From positions 92,554-156,553 of the forward strand of contig DASYUH010000013.1 of assembly GCA_036001465.1 (NCBI GenBank): 64,000 nt of DNA, in the 5' to 3' direction. Of the stretch, positions 27,471 to 35,764 are shown one piece after another (the stretch's first letter is position 1; the number at the start of each line of letters is the position of its first letter). The notes beneath the pieces were generated by a model. That model was not told the origin of the DNA. It made no database searches and saw only the letters and a list, made by a program, of their open reading frames with translations. The DNA is from Candidatus Polarisedimenticolia bacterium (GTDB lineage Bacteria; Acidobacteriota; Polarisedimenticolia; Gp22-AA2). The translations under genes were made by a program, and so were the position numbers.

Positions 27471-29447
27471 ATGTGCGGCATTTTCGGAATTGTGGGAGAC
27501 CCGGTGCCTGCCGGGATCGATCGAGCCTGCGACGCCATGCGCCACCGCGGCCCCGACGACCGGGGCACCTACCTCGACGCCGGCGCCGGGCTGGGAATGA
27601 CCCGGCTGGCGATCCTCGACCTGTCCCGGGCCGGCCACCAGCCGATGGGCACCGAAGACGACTCCCTGTGGATCGTCCACAACGGCGAGGTCTACAACTT
27701 CGGGGAGGAGCGACGCCGGCTGGAGGCGAAGGGTCTACGATTCCGATCACACACGGACACCGAGGTGATCCTGCGCCTGTACGAAGAGCTGGGCCCGGCG
27801 TGCATCGATCGCCTGCGGGGGATGTTCGCTTTCGCGGTCTGGGATGCCCGGAATCGGCGCCTGTTTGCGGCACGGGACCGCCTGGGCATCAAGCCCCTTT
27901 ATTATGCGTGGGACAGCCACCGGCTCGTCTTCGCTTCCGAGCTGAAGGCCCTGCTGGCCAGTGGCCTGGTGGAGGGCCGCCTCTCCATGGAGGGGCTGGC
28001 GCTGTACCTGACCTTTGGCTACGTCCCCTCACCCTGCACGCTGATCGAAGGGGTGCAGGCGCTGCAGCCCGGGCATCACCTGACCCTGGAGAAGGGGCGC
28101 TTGACGGTGAGGCGCTACTGGGATCTGCCGACGGGCAGCGATCGGCACGCCTCGCGGTCGGCAGACGAGAGGGAGGCTGCCGCGGAACTCCGCGCCCTCC
28201 TGACGGAGAGCGTCCGCCTCCGGCTGATCAGCGACGTGCCGATTGGCGCCTTCTTGAGCGGGGGGATCGACTCGGCGGCCGTGGTCGCCCTCATGGCCGA
28301 GGCCCGCTCGGGGCCGGTCAAGACTTTCTCCATCGGCTTCGATGCCGACGGGAAAACCCTGGACGAGACCGACGACGCGGGCTTTCTCGCCAAGCACCTG
28401 GGAACCGACCACACGCGGCGCATCGTGACGGGCCGCGAGGTCGCCGACCTCGTCGATCGTCTCGGCCGGGCCCTCGACCAGCCGTCATTCGATGGAATCA
28501 ACAGCTATATCGTGTCGCAAGTGGCACGCACTGGCGTGACCGTGGCCCTGACGGGACTCGGAGGAGACGAGCTGTTCGCGGGCTACCCTCATTTCTGGCG
28601 TCTCCATTGGGAATACCGGAATGGAGGATGGCCGCACACGATCCAGAGGTCGATCAAGACGGCCCTCGCGGGGGCAGGCACCTTGATCCAGCCCTGGTTT
28701 CGGGGGACGCCTCTGGATCGGTATGCGGACTGGGCCCGCGTGCAGCACGGTTTCGTCACCCGCTACGGTCTATCTCACACCCTTTTCCCGCCGGCGCAAC
28801 AGCACGCCCTCTGCACCCCCGGATTGGCCGCATCGGCCCCGATCGGGCGGCTTGCCTCCGACTACCTGGGAGCCCTCGACGACCCGCGCGCCCATGATCT
28901 GATCGCGCGCGTCAGCCGCCTCGACCTCAAGGGGTACATGGCGCACCGGCTGCTGAGAGACATGGATGCCATGAGCATGGCCCACTCCCTCGAGGTGAGG
29001 GTGCCTCTCATCGACCATCGGCTCGTCGAGTTCGCCTACGCCCTGCCGGCTTCCTACAAGTATCAACCCGGGAGCGCCGCCCCGCCCGGCGGCGAACGGG
29101 AGGCCAGCTATCGTCAGTTGGGGGCGAAGAGGATTCTCATCGATTCGGTTCGGGATCTGCTGCCAGTCGGCTACGAGGACCGCCCCAAGACCGGATTCCA
29201 CCTTCCCATGGCCTCCTGGATGAAGAGCGACCTCCGACCCGCCGTGGACGACCTGCTGAGCCGGGAGTCCGTGCGGCGGCGAGGGCTGTTCCGCCCGGAG
29301 GCCGTTGCGCGGCTTTTGGCGGGGTTCCATGGAGGCGCGGTTCCGTGGCACCAGGTCTGGGCGCTCGCGGCGCTCGAGTTGTGGCAGCGCCAGGTTCTTT
29401 ACTCGGGCGCCGCCGCCCCGGCGGGCGACCAGCGGGCGACCGCGTGA
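27471..29447 (+). CDS. Asparagine-synthase-family glutamine amidotransferase, paralog 4
   Basis: Start set at the ATG at 27471 so the product begins MCGIFG. RGPDD, RLAILDL, GEVYNF, PP-loop SGGIDSA. Its TGA overlaps the GTG of the downstream GT4 (GTGA). Confidence 0.85.
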   Translation: MCGIFGIVGDPVPAGIDRACDAMRHRGPDDRGTYLDAGAGLGMTRLAILDLSRAGHQPMGTEDDSLWIVHNGEVYNFGEERRRLEAKGLRFRSHTDTEVILRLYEELGPACIDRLRGMFAFAVWDARNRRLFAARDRLGIKPLYYAWDSHRLVFASELKALLASGLVEGRLSMEGLALYLTFGYVPSPCTLIEGVQALQPGHHLTLEKGRLTVRRYWDLPTGSDRHASRSADEREAAAELRALLTESVRLRLISDVPIGAFLSGGIDSAAVVALMAEARSGPVKTFSIGFDADGKTLDETDDAGFLAKHLGTDHTRRIVTGREVADLVDRLGRALDQPSFDGINSYIVSQVARTGVTVALTGLGGDELFAGYPHFWRLHWEYRNGGWPHTIQRSIKTALAGAGTLIQPWFRGTPLDRYADWARVQHGFVTRYGLSHTLFPPAQQHALCTPGLAASAPIGRLASDYLGALDDPRAHDLIARVSRLDLKGYMAHRLLRDMDAMSMAHSLEVRVPLIDHRLVEFAYALPASYKYQPGSAAPPGGEREASYRQLGAKRILIDSVRDLLPVGYEDRPKTGFHLPMASWMKSDLRPAVDDLLSRESVRRRGLFRPEAVARLLAGFHGGAVPWHQVWALAALELWQRQVLYSGAAAPAGDQRATA

Positions 29448-30757
29448 GCCAGGGCACCCCCCTCTCCCTTATCTATCTACAAAACGGCAGCGGCACGGGA
29501 GGGGCCGGATTCAGCCTGGACGTCCTGCTGGCCCATCTGGACGCCGGCCGGTTCCGGCCGATCGTCTGGACCTGCGACGACGGACTCATGGTGCGGCGGT
29601 GGGAAGGGCGAGGGGCCCGGGTGGTGGTCCGCCGCATGCATCTCTTCGAGGGGCTCGACACGCACTTCGTGCAGGGCGCCATCGAACGCGATCCATCGGG
29701 ATGGCGCCGATCCAGCCTCCAGGCTCTCACGGCCGCCAGGGCTGCGGCCGCCCTGCCGGGCGAGATCGCCTTCCTGCGGCGCCTGCGGGCCCGTCAGGGG
29801 GTCGTCGTGCATGTGAACTCAATCGTCGCGTTGAGCGCGGGCCTTGCGGCTCGGCTCCTCGGCCTGCCGATCGTCTGGCATGTCCGCGAAATCCTCGCCC
29901 CGGGCGTCTGGGGGCGCATCGCCCGCCGGATCATCCTCTATTCGGCCTCCCGTATCGTCGCCGTGTCCGCTGCGGCCGCCGCCCCCTTTCAGGACGCGGG
30001 CGTTCCGGTGCAGGTCGTTCATAACGCGATCGAACTGAAGGCGTTCGATCCGTCCCTCGACGGCGCCCCCGTCCGCCGCGAGCTGGGTCTCCCCCCGGAC
30101 ACGCCCGTCGTCGGCTTCGTCGGGAGGCTGTTCCCGAGCAAGGGGACCTTCGATCTCCTACAGGCCATGTCAATCGTCTCCCGGGAGTTTCCCGGCGCTC
30201 ACCTCCTGATCGTGGGGGGGGACGATCCTCCGCAGGCCCACTCGTCAGGGGCGACCTGGAAAGGCAGGCTCCGCCGTCGTCTCGGTTTCGGGCAGGCGCC
30301 CGACTACCTGCCGCTCCTCCGGTCGGAGGCGGACCGTCTGGGCCTGGGGGACCGCGTCCATCTCCTCGGGCCGCGGCACGACACGCCCCGGCTCCTGGCG
30401 GCCATGGACGTCGTCGCGCTGCCGTCGCGCACGGAGGCGTTCGGCAGGACCATCATCGAGGCGATGGCCATGGCCAGGCCGGTCGTGTCCGTCGCCGTCG
30501 AGGGAATTCTCGATCTGATCCGGCACGACGAGAACGGGATCCTGATCCCGCCCCCCTCCCGGGTGGAGGATCTGGCCGTCGCCATCGCTGCGCTCCTCAA
30601 GGACCCGGGCCGCCGGGAGGCCCTGGGGCGGGAAGGTCGTCTATCCGTGGTCGATCGGTTCTCGGCGGAGCGTCACGCGCGGGCGATCATGGCCGTCTAC
30701 GAGGATCTGGCGGCCGGTCACATCGGACGCCAGGTCCAGATGCCGCGGGCGTATTGA
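29444..30757 (+). CDS. Glycosyltransferase family 4
   Basis: GTG at 29444 overlaps the paralog-4 stop. N-terminal domain SLIYLQNGSGTGGAGFS. C-terminal domain VHLLGPRHD...MDVVALPSRTEAFGRTIIEAMAMARPVVS. Confidence 0.8.
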   Translation: MSQGTPLSLIYLQNGSGTGGAGFSLDVLLAHLDAGRFRPIVWTCDDGLMVRRWEGRGARVVVRRMHLFEGLDTHFVQGAIERDPSGWRRSSLQALTAARAAAALPGEIAFLRRLRARQGVVVHVNSIVALSAGLAARLLGLPIVWHVREILAPGVWGRIARRIILYSASRIVAVSAAAAAPFQDAGVPVQVVHNAIELKAFDPSLDGAPVRRELGLPPDTPVVGFVGRLFPSKGTFDLLQAMSIVSREFPGAHLLIVGGDDPPQAHSSGATWKGRLRRRLGFGQAPDYLPLLRSEADRLGLGDRVHLLGPRHDTPRLLAAMDVVALPSRTEAFGRTIIEAMAMARPVVSVAVEGILDLIRHDENGILIPPPSRVEDLAVAIAALLKDPGRREALGREGRLSVVDRFSAERHARAIMAVYEDLAAGHIGRQVQMPRAY

Positions 30758-31656
30758 AACCGCAGGCGCAGGTCGCCGAGCGGCAGCGCCCCCAGGATCG
30801 ACTTGATCAGGCCGATGAGCACCGTGGCCGGGACGTCCACCACCTGGAGCGCGAGGCGGTAGAGTCGCGCAGGCCGGCGGCCGAAGCAGCGCTCGAGGTA
30901 GCGCTGAATACTGATGGCTCCGTTCACCAGTGTCCGGACCGGCGCCTGGCGGGCGCTCCGCCCTCCCAGGTGGGCAACCCTGGCTTCCGGCACGAAGTAG
31001 ATCTTCCATCCATCGCGGCGGATTCGGAAGCAGAGATCCAGGTCCTCGCCGCAGTGGATGAAGCATTCGCCGAACCCTCCCCCCTTCTCGAACAGGTCGC
31101 GGCGGAGCAGCATGGCGGCCCCCGAAATCGCCTGGACCTCCTGGACCACCTGGGGGTCGTAGGGTGAGACCAGCCGCTTCCTGAACCATGGTCCTACGAG
31201 AGGGAGCTTCTGGAGCCTGAACACGTCGATGGCCACGAGCCGCGCCGCGGTCGGCTGGACGCGGGCCGAGGTCTCCTGGAAGGTGCCGTCCTCGTTCCAC
31301 AGGGAGGGGCCCAGCATGCCCGCATCCGGGTGCTCCTGAAGGAAACGGATCAGGATCCCGAGGGCGCCCGGCATCACGATCGTATCCGGGTTCAGGAGCA
31401 GGACGAATCGTGCCGTCGCCAGGCGGAGGCCCAGGTTGCTCGCCCGGGCGAACCCCAGGTTGGCGCCGTTGACGATCACCTGGACCGATGGAAATTCGCC
31501 GCGCAGCATCGCGACGCTGTCGTCCGAGGACGCGTTGTCGACCACGATCAACTGCAGCGACAGGCTCGACGCGTCGGCGACCAGCGAGCGGATGCACTGC
31601 CGGAGGAGCGGCGCCACATTCCAGCTGACGATGATGACGGAGACGTCGGGGATCAT
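30718..31656 (-). CDS. Glycosyltransferase family 2
   Basis: 312 aa. VSVIIVSWN, VVDNASSDDS (DxD-type), LLLNPD, HCGEDLDLCFR. Convergent with the GT4 and overlaps it by about 40 nt. Confidence 0.8.
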   Translation of the reverse strand: MIPDVSVIIVSWNVAPLLRQCIRSLVADASSLSLQLIVVDNASSDDSVAMLRGEFPSVQVIVNGANLGFARASNLGLRLATARFVLLLNPDTIVMPGALGILIRFLQEHPDAGMLGPSLWNEDGTFQETSARVQPTAARLVAIDVFRLQKLPLVGPWFRKRLVSPYDPQVVQEVQAISGAAMLLRRDLFEKGGGFGECFIHCGEDLDLCFRIRRDGWKIYFVPEARVAHLGGRSARQAPVRTLVNGAISIQRYLERCFGRRPARLYRLALQVVDVPATVLIGLIKSILGALPLGDLRLRFQYARGIWTWRPM

Positions 31657-31668
31657 GAGCGTCCGGTC

Positions 31669-32628
31669 CTAGGTCGAGGGTCGAAGCACCGCGTGCCCGT
31701 ACTCGGGAATCGACGTCATCGGGCGGTGGGGAGGATCCAGCTCGCAAAGATCATAACCGACGCTCGCCAGGAAACCGCGCAGGGCCGCTTCGGTCGTGTC
31801 GAACAGCCGCCAAGCAAAGGAGTGCACCTCGAGGAAGATCCACGGACGGGCCGTCCGGAGCGTCTCGGCGGCGCCCTGCAGGGCCCAGAGCTCGGCCCCC
31901 TCCACGTCGATCTTCATGACTGAGGGCGGCGGCCCCCCGGCACGGACGAACTCGTCGAGCCGGATCGCGCAGATCGGCACCCAGGACGGTTGCGCGTCTT
32001 CCTGAGGATAGACGTTGCGCAACGCGTTGCCCGACGCCCAGGTCGTGGCGAGGGTCGGCCAGACGGGCATCGACACCACGCCGGCAGTGTTGGAGCAGGC
32101 TGCCTCCATGACCCGGATGCGATCGTCGAGGCCGTTCAGGGCGCAGTGTCGCCTGAGCAGACGGACCGTCTCGGGAACCGGTTCGAAGGCGACGACGCGC
32201 CCGTGCTCCTCCACGCGCCGGCAGGCGGCGATGGCGTACCAGCCGACGAAGCTGCCCACGTCATAGAACACGTGTCCCGGCTCGAGGTGCGCCAGCAGGG
32301 CGGCCAGCAGCCGATCGTCGCGCGGCACGGGGTAGCCGACCAGGAAATCGAAGTCCAGCCACAACGACTCCTCAACCGACGGCAGCTTGCAGCGGGCACG
32401 GCCGCGTCGCAGCGCGCGCTCCACGGCGAGGCTTGCCGCCTTGACGTTCCGGGCGCAGCGCCGTGCCGGCGCCTCGAGGGTTGAGCCTCGAATCCATGCG
32501 GGCATGGCCCAACGCGCGACCCATCCCGGACGGTTCATCGCTTCGTCACCTGGAACTCCCCGTTCCCTTTGCGCCCGGCGCGGAGCCTCAGCAACCCTCC
32601 GATGACCACGCGCGCATCGTCGATTCAC
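31669..32628 (-). CDS. FkbM-family methyltransferase
   Basis: Motifs FYDVGSFVGWY, VVAFEPVPE, MKIDVEGAEL. The 5' end is uncertain. The first 30-60 codons are R-rich and abut the flippase-fragment repeat. ATG candidates lie at about 32538 and 32502. Confidence 0.65.
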   Translation of the reverse strand: MNRRCARGHRRVAEAPRRAQRERGVPGDEAMNRPGWVARWAMPAWIRGSTLEAPARRCARNVKAASLAVERALRRGRARCKLPSVEESLWLDFDFLVGYPVPRDDRLLAALLAHLEPGHVFYDVGSFVGWYAIAACRRVEEHGRVVAFEPVPETVRLLRRHCALNGLDDRIRVMEAACSNTAGVVSMPVWPTLATTWASGNALRNVYPQEDAQPSWVPICAIRLDEFVRAGGPPPSVMKIDVEGAELWALQGAAETLRTARPWIFLEVHSFAWRLFDTTEAALRGFLASVGYDLCELDPPHRPMTSIPEYGHAVLRPST

Positions 32629-32867
32629 AGGCCGTGCAACTGGGCGGCGTAGATTCCAATCCCGAGAGTGCGCCCCGTCATGACCTGCACGATCCGCGGC
32701 CCCTCCCTTCCAAGCTCGGCTAGGCGCTCGAAAACGCCTGCCCAGGCCAGAAGGGGCACCCCCATGACGACGGCAGCCGCGAGGACCCTGGCGGCGAATA
32801 GGGTATCACCCGGGCCCCAAACTGTCCCGACCCCTCGGAGCACCAGGAGAAGCAGGATGAGGAGGAA
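32625..32867 (-). pseudogene. Duplicated 3'-end fragment of the MurJ/Wzx-like flippase gene (repeat copy A)
   Basis: Encodes ...LLILLLLVLRGVGTVWGPGDTLFAARVLAAAVVMGVPLLAWAGVFERLAELGREGPRIVQVMTGRTLGIGIYAAQLHGL*. This is about 65% identical to the C-terminus of the intact flippase at 35834-36077. It shares an exact 28-mer GCGGCGAATAGGGTATCACCCGGGCCCC (32791-32818 versus 36000-36027). Confidence 0.6.
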
Positions 32868-32879
32868 ACCACGCACGTA

Positions 32880-33108
32880 CGCCTCTCCCGAGGCTCTCGC
32901 GGATACCATCGTGTCCGTCATGAAGAATGACGCAAAACGTGCGGCAATCGGGCGCACTGCCCGCCATGCGGTGTTGCAGCGGTTCTACGCGGCGTATCGC
33001 GCGGATCGAATGATGGCCGTCGGCTCCGGCTCGAAGGCAGGCGTGACACCTGGGGGAACCGATCCTAGCCGCCTCAAAGCGCTCCTGAACCTTGGCTCAA
33101 ATCTCTGA
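32880..33108 (+). pseudogene. GT4 glycosyltransferase 3'-end fragment
   Basis: Encodes ...PEALADTIVSVMKNDAKRAAIGRTARHAVLQRFYAAYRADRMMAV, which parallels the C-terminus of the GT4 at 29444-30757 (VEDLAVAIAALLKDPGRREALGREGRLSVVDRFSAERHARAIMAV). No N-terminal domain is present. Confidence 0.35.
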
Positions 33109-34783
33109 CGAAGATGGAATACGCCCCGAACGTCGCCGAGTGACGATAGTTTCGCGTGAGATAGGCATCGAGTAGAGCCGCTCCCTCTTCCCGGTTGGCT
33201 GCGGTCGTCGACTCGGCATCGGCTCCCGACCAGAGAACGACGTACCGCACATCGCGTGCTGCAAGATCCTTCGCAATCTCACCCTGTACGCGCTCCGTGG
33301 TAGCGACGCCGGGGTGCAGCTCGTGATATCGGGTGGCGCTGTCCCTGTCCGCGAGAAAATAGAAGAGCACATCGTTTGTCTCGACCCTGCGGTGTGTCCA
33401 GAGTCCCACAAAGATACGCTCGCCCGGTCCCACGTGATCAACGATGTATCCGACAGCGGCCAATTCGTCCGGGTCGGCCACCGCGTACCCCAACCGACGC
33501 TCCGGCAAGGTCGACCAATCCCCGCTCCGCGGGAGAGCTTCCGTCGGAGGTCCCAGGATCACGCGTGCCTTGACGTAGACGGGCTCGACGAGCATGGGGA
33601 GTAACAGAACCAGCGCCGCGACTGCCGGCAGATAGGACGCCCCGCCGGAAGGTCGCTTCAGGATCCCCTGCCCCAGAGGCAGGAGGAGGAGCACGGGGAC
33701 GGAGAAGACAAGCAGATGAGGCAGGTCCGCTCGGACGAGTATTTGAGGAAACAGAGCTCCCGCGAGCAGCGTAAGGTGCAGGATTGTCCATCGTCGGGCC
33801 CGGTCGAGGGAGTCCTGAACGTGAGGTCGCCCCACAAGGAGCAACATGGACAGCACAAACACCAGCGGAACGACATAGTAGGGAAGGGCGGTCAGTGAGT
33901 ACGAGAGATACGAGCGAAGCGAGAGAGAACCATTGAGGAAGAGAGAGAGGCCCGGCGGACGAGGATACGGGAGGGCGCGCACGGAGGGAAATACATGGGC
34001 CGGGAAGATGATCAGATCCTCTATTACTTCCTTCAGAGGAACGGCTATCACGAGACAGAGTGCGACTGGGAGCACGATAATCGCAACCCCTAACACATAG
34101 AGGAGGATTCCCTGCATCCTGCTGGCAACCCGCGCCCATGAGCCCGACTCGGTGACAGTTCCGGTGGATGCCGAGAAAGTCAGGACAATCAGTCCTGCGA
34201 GGGACGCGTAGAATCCCACGTCATGACGGAATACTGCTGTAGCTCCGGCAGCCATACCTCCGAGAAGCAGTCTGAGCGGGCTCGTCGGATCGATGCTGTG
34301 GCGCTCGAGCAGCAGGACGGATGTCATGCTGAGAAGAAGGGCTATCAGCACGGAGGAGCCGAAGGGCGAGAACCTACCGAGCCAGACGGTCCCCACGAGC
34401 CAGCACAGGAGGGCTGTGCTCCGGGAGACGAAGGGCGCCGTGATTCTCCAGGCGAGCAGCACCAAGGATGAGCGGATGAGGATGTTCGAAACACGCTCCA
34501 CCAGGAGGGACGGCCCGAACAGCTTGAAGAGTGCCGCCAGGAGGTAGAACTGGCCGGGCGGGTACATCGTCCACCAGTCCCGGTAAGGGAGTTCTCCTCT
34601 CAACACCCTGAGGGCCCCGTAGACGATGACACCTTCGTCATACGGATTGGCGTGGAGGGTCACATCGGGAAGAAAGTAAAGCACCGAAAGTATCGCCAGC
34701 GATGGATAGAGCCACGCCTCATTCAGGGGCTGCCTCCACCTCCGGGTGCGTTCCAGCCGTAGATCCACCAGGCGCGCCTCCAC
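33074..34783 (-). CDS. GT-C-fold glycosyltransferase, ArnT/PMT-like (family 39/83-like)
   Basis: 569 aa. First periplasmic loop YDEGVIVYGALRVLRGELPYRDWWTMYPPGQFYLLAALFKLFG is the ArnT/PMT DE-motif region. 10 or more TM helices, then a C-terminal soluble domain. GC about 58-60%. Confidence 0.65.
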   Translation of the reverse strand: MEARLVDLRLERTRRWRQPLNEAWLYPSLAILSVLYFLPDVTLHANPYDEGVIVYGALRVLRGELPYRDWWTMYPPGQFYLLAALFKLFGPSLLVERVSNILIRSSLVLLAWRITAPFVSRSTALLCWLVGTVWLGRFSPFGSSVLIALLLSMTSVLLLERHSIDPTSPLRLLLGGMAAGATAVFRHDVGFYASLAGLIVLTFSASTGTVTESGSWARVASRMQGILLYVLGVAIIVLPVALCLVIAVPLKEVIEDLIIFPAHVFPSVRALPYPRPPGLSLFLNGSLSLRSYLSYSLTALPYYVVPLVFVLSMLLLVGRPHVQDSLDRARRWTILHLTLLAGALFPQILVRADLPHLLVFSVPVLLLLPLGQGILKRPSGGASYLPAVAALVLLLPMLVEPVYVKARVILGPPTEALPRSGDWSTLPERRLGYAVADPDELAAVGYIVDHVGPGERIFVGLWTHRRVETNDVLFYFLADRDSATRYHELHPGVATTERVQGEIAKDLAARDVRYVVLWSGADAESTTAANREEGAALLDAYLTRNYRHSATFGAYSIFVRDLSQGSGAL

Positions 34784-34853
34784 AGCCTCGGTAGGTCAAT
34801 CTTCCTGCTTCTAAACCCGATCGCTGGTCCTTCGAGCGTTCGGTCTGGGTCGT

Positions 34854-35420
34854 TTACCCTCGACAGCCATTCCTGCGGAGCACCACCGTGCCCTTTTCAC
34901 TCGGGATGCGTTCGACATCGAGGGCGACGAATTCGTGCAGCCAGCGACCAAGGACGATCGCCTCGTCTTCGCGACTCCCATCGTCGAGGACGACCACGGC
35001 GCCCGGACTCAGTGTCTCGACGATCAGGGGAAGCGCCGGATACCGAACCAACCTGCGCGCCTGTCCATGCTGGAGGGGGCCATCCACGATCAGCACGTCG
35101 ATCGGAGCGAACTTCGCCAGAGCCGTGGTGTCATACCATTCCCAGGTCCGCGGTCCCAGCGCCACGGACCGGAGCGGGGCGTGGACAACCCTCGCGACAT
35201 CCGCGAGTCCGTGATCCTCCAGGTACTCCGTCGGCAGCCTCGCGTAGCGCTCCTCCTGCTCGAGCGACAGGATTCGACCCTGGCCCACCTCCCTGAGACA
35301 GGAGGCGGCAATCAGCGTGGACACACCGCTGCCCGCTTCCACGATCAGGCCAGGTCTGTGCCGGCGGATCAGGGTGACCAGGTTGGTTGCAAAGTCCGGA
35401 GAGATGGCGGCGGCTCTCAT
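34854..35420 (-). CDS. Class I SAM-dependent methyltransferase (Methyltransf_24 / TylF-MycF-like)
   Basis: 188 aa. LIVEAGSGVSTL (motif I). VLIVDGP...VVVLDD. Confidence 0.6.
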   Translation of the reverse strand: MRAAAISPDFATNLVTLIRRHRPGLIVEAGSGVSTLIAASCLREVGQGRILSLEQEERYARLPTEYLEDHGLADVARVVHAPLRSVALGPRTWEWYDTTALAKFAPIDVLIVDGPLQHGQARRLVRYPALPLIVETLSPGAVVVLDDGSREDEAIVLGRWLHEFVALDVERIPSEKGTVVLRRNGCRG

Positions 35421-35764
35421 GGGCGGCAGTGGGTGGGTGGATCTTCAGGGACACGAAAAGCGACGGGAGCGCTTCCATCTGACGGTAATTCGCCGTGGGG
35501 TTGGTCGCGCTGTTCAGCACGATGCTCTGGATCCGACGGTAGATTTCAATCTGGGTTGTCAGGATGATGATCAGGGCGAACACGATGGAGCACTCAAGGG
35601 ACCAGTCTGGAACCAACCACCGCGTGAGGGACGAGCCGACGATGACGAGCAGGAGAAGGCCGACAATGCAGACGACGTCTTTCCTCGAAAGGCTCATCGG
35701 ATCGGTCCTTCCTTCGCAGTCGCAGCGGGCATGGATCTCGAGGCTCGGAACGAGGAGAACACGT

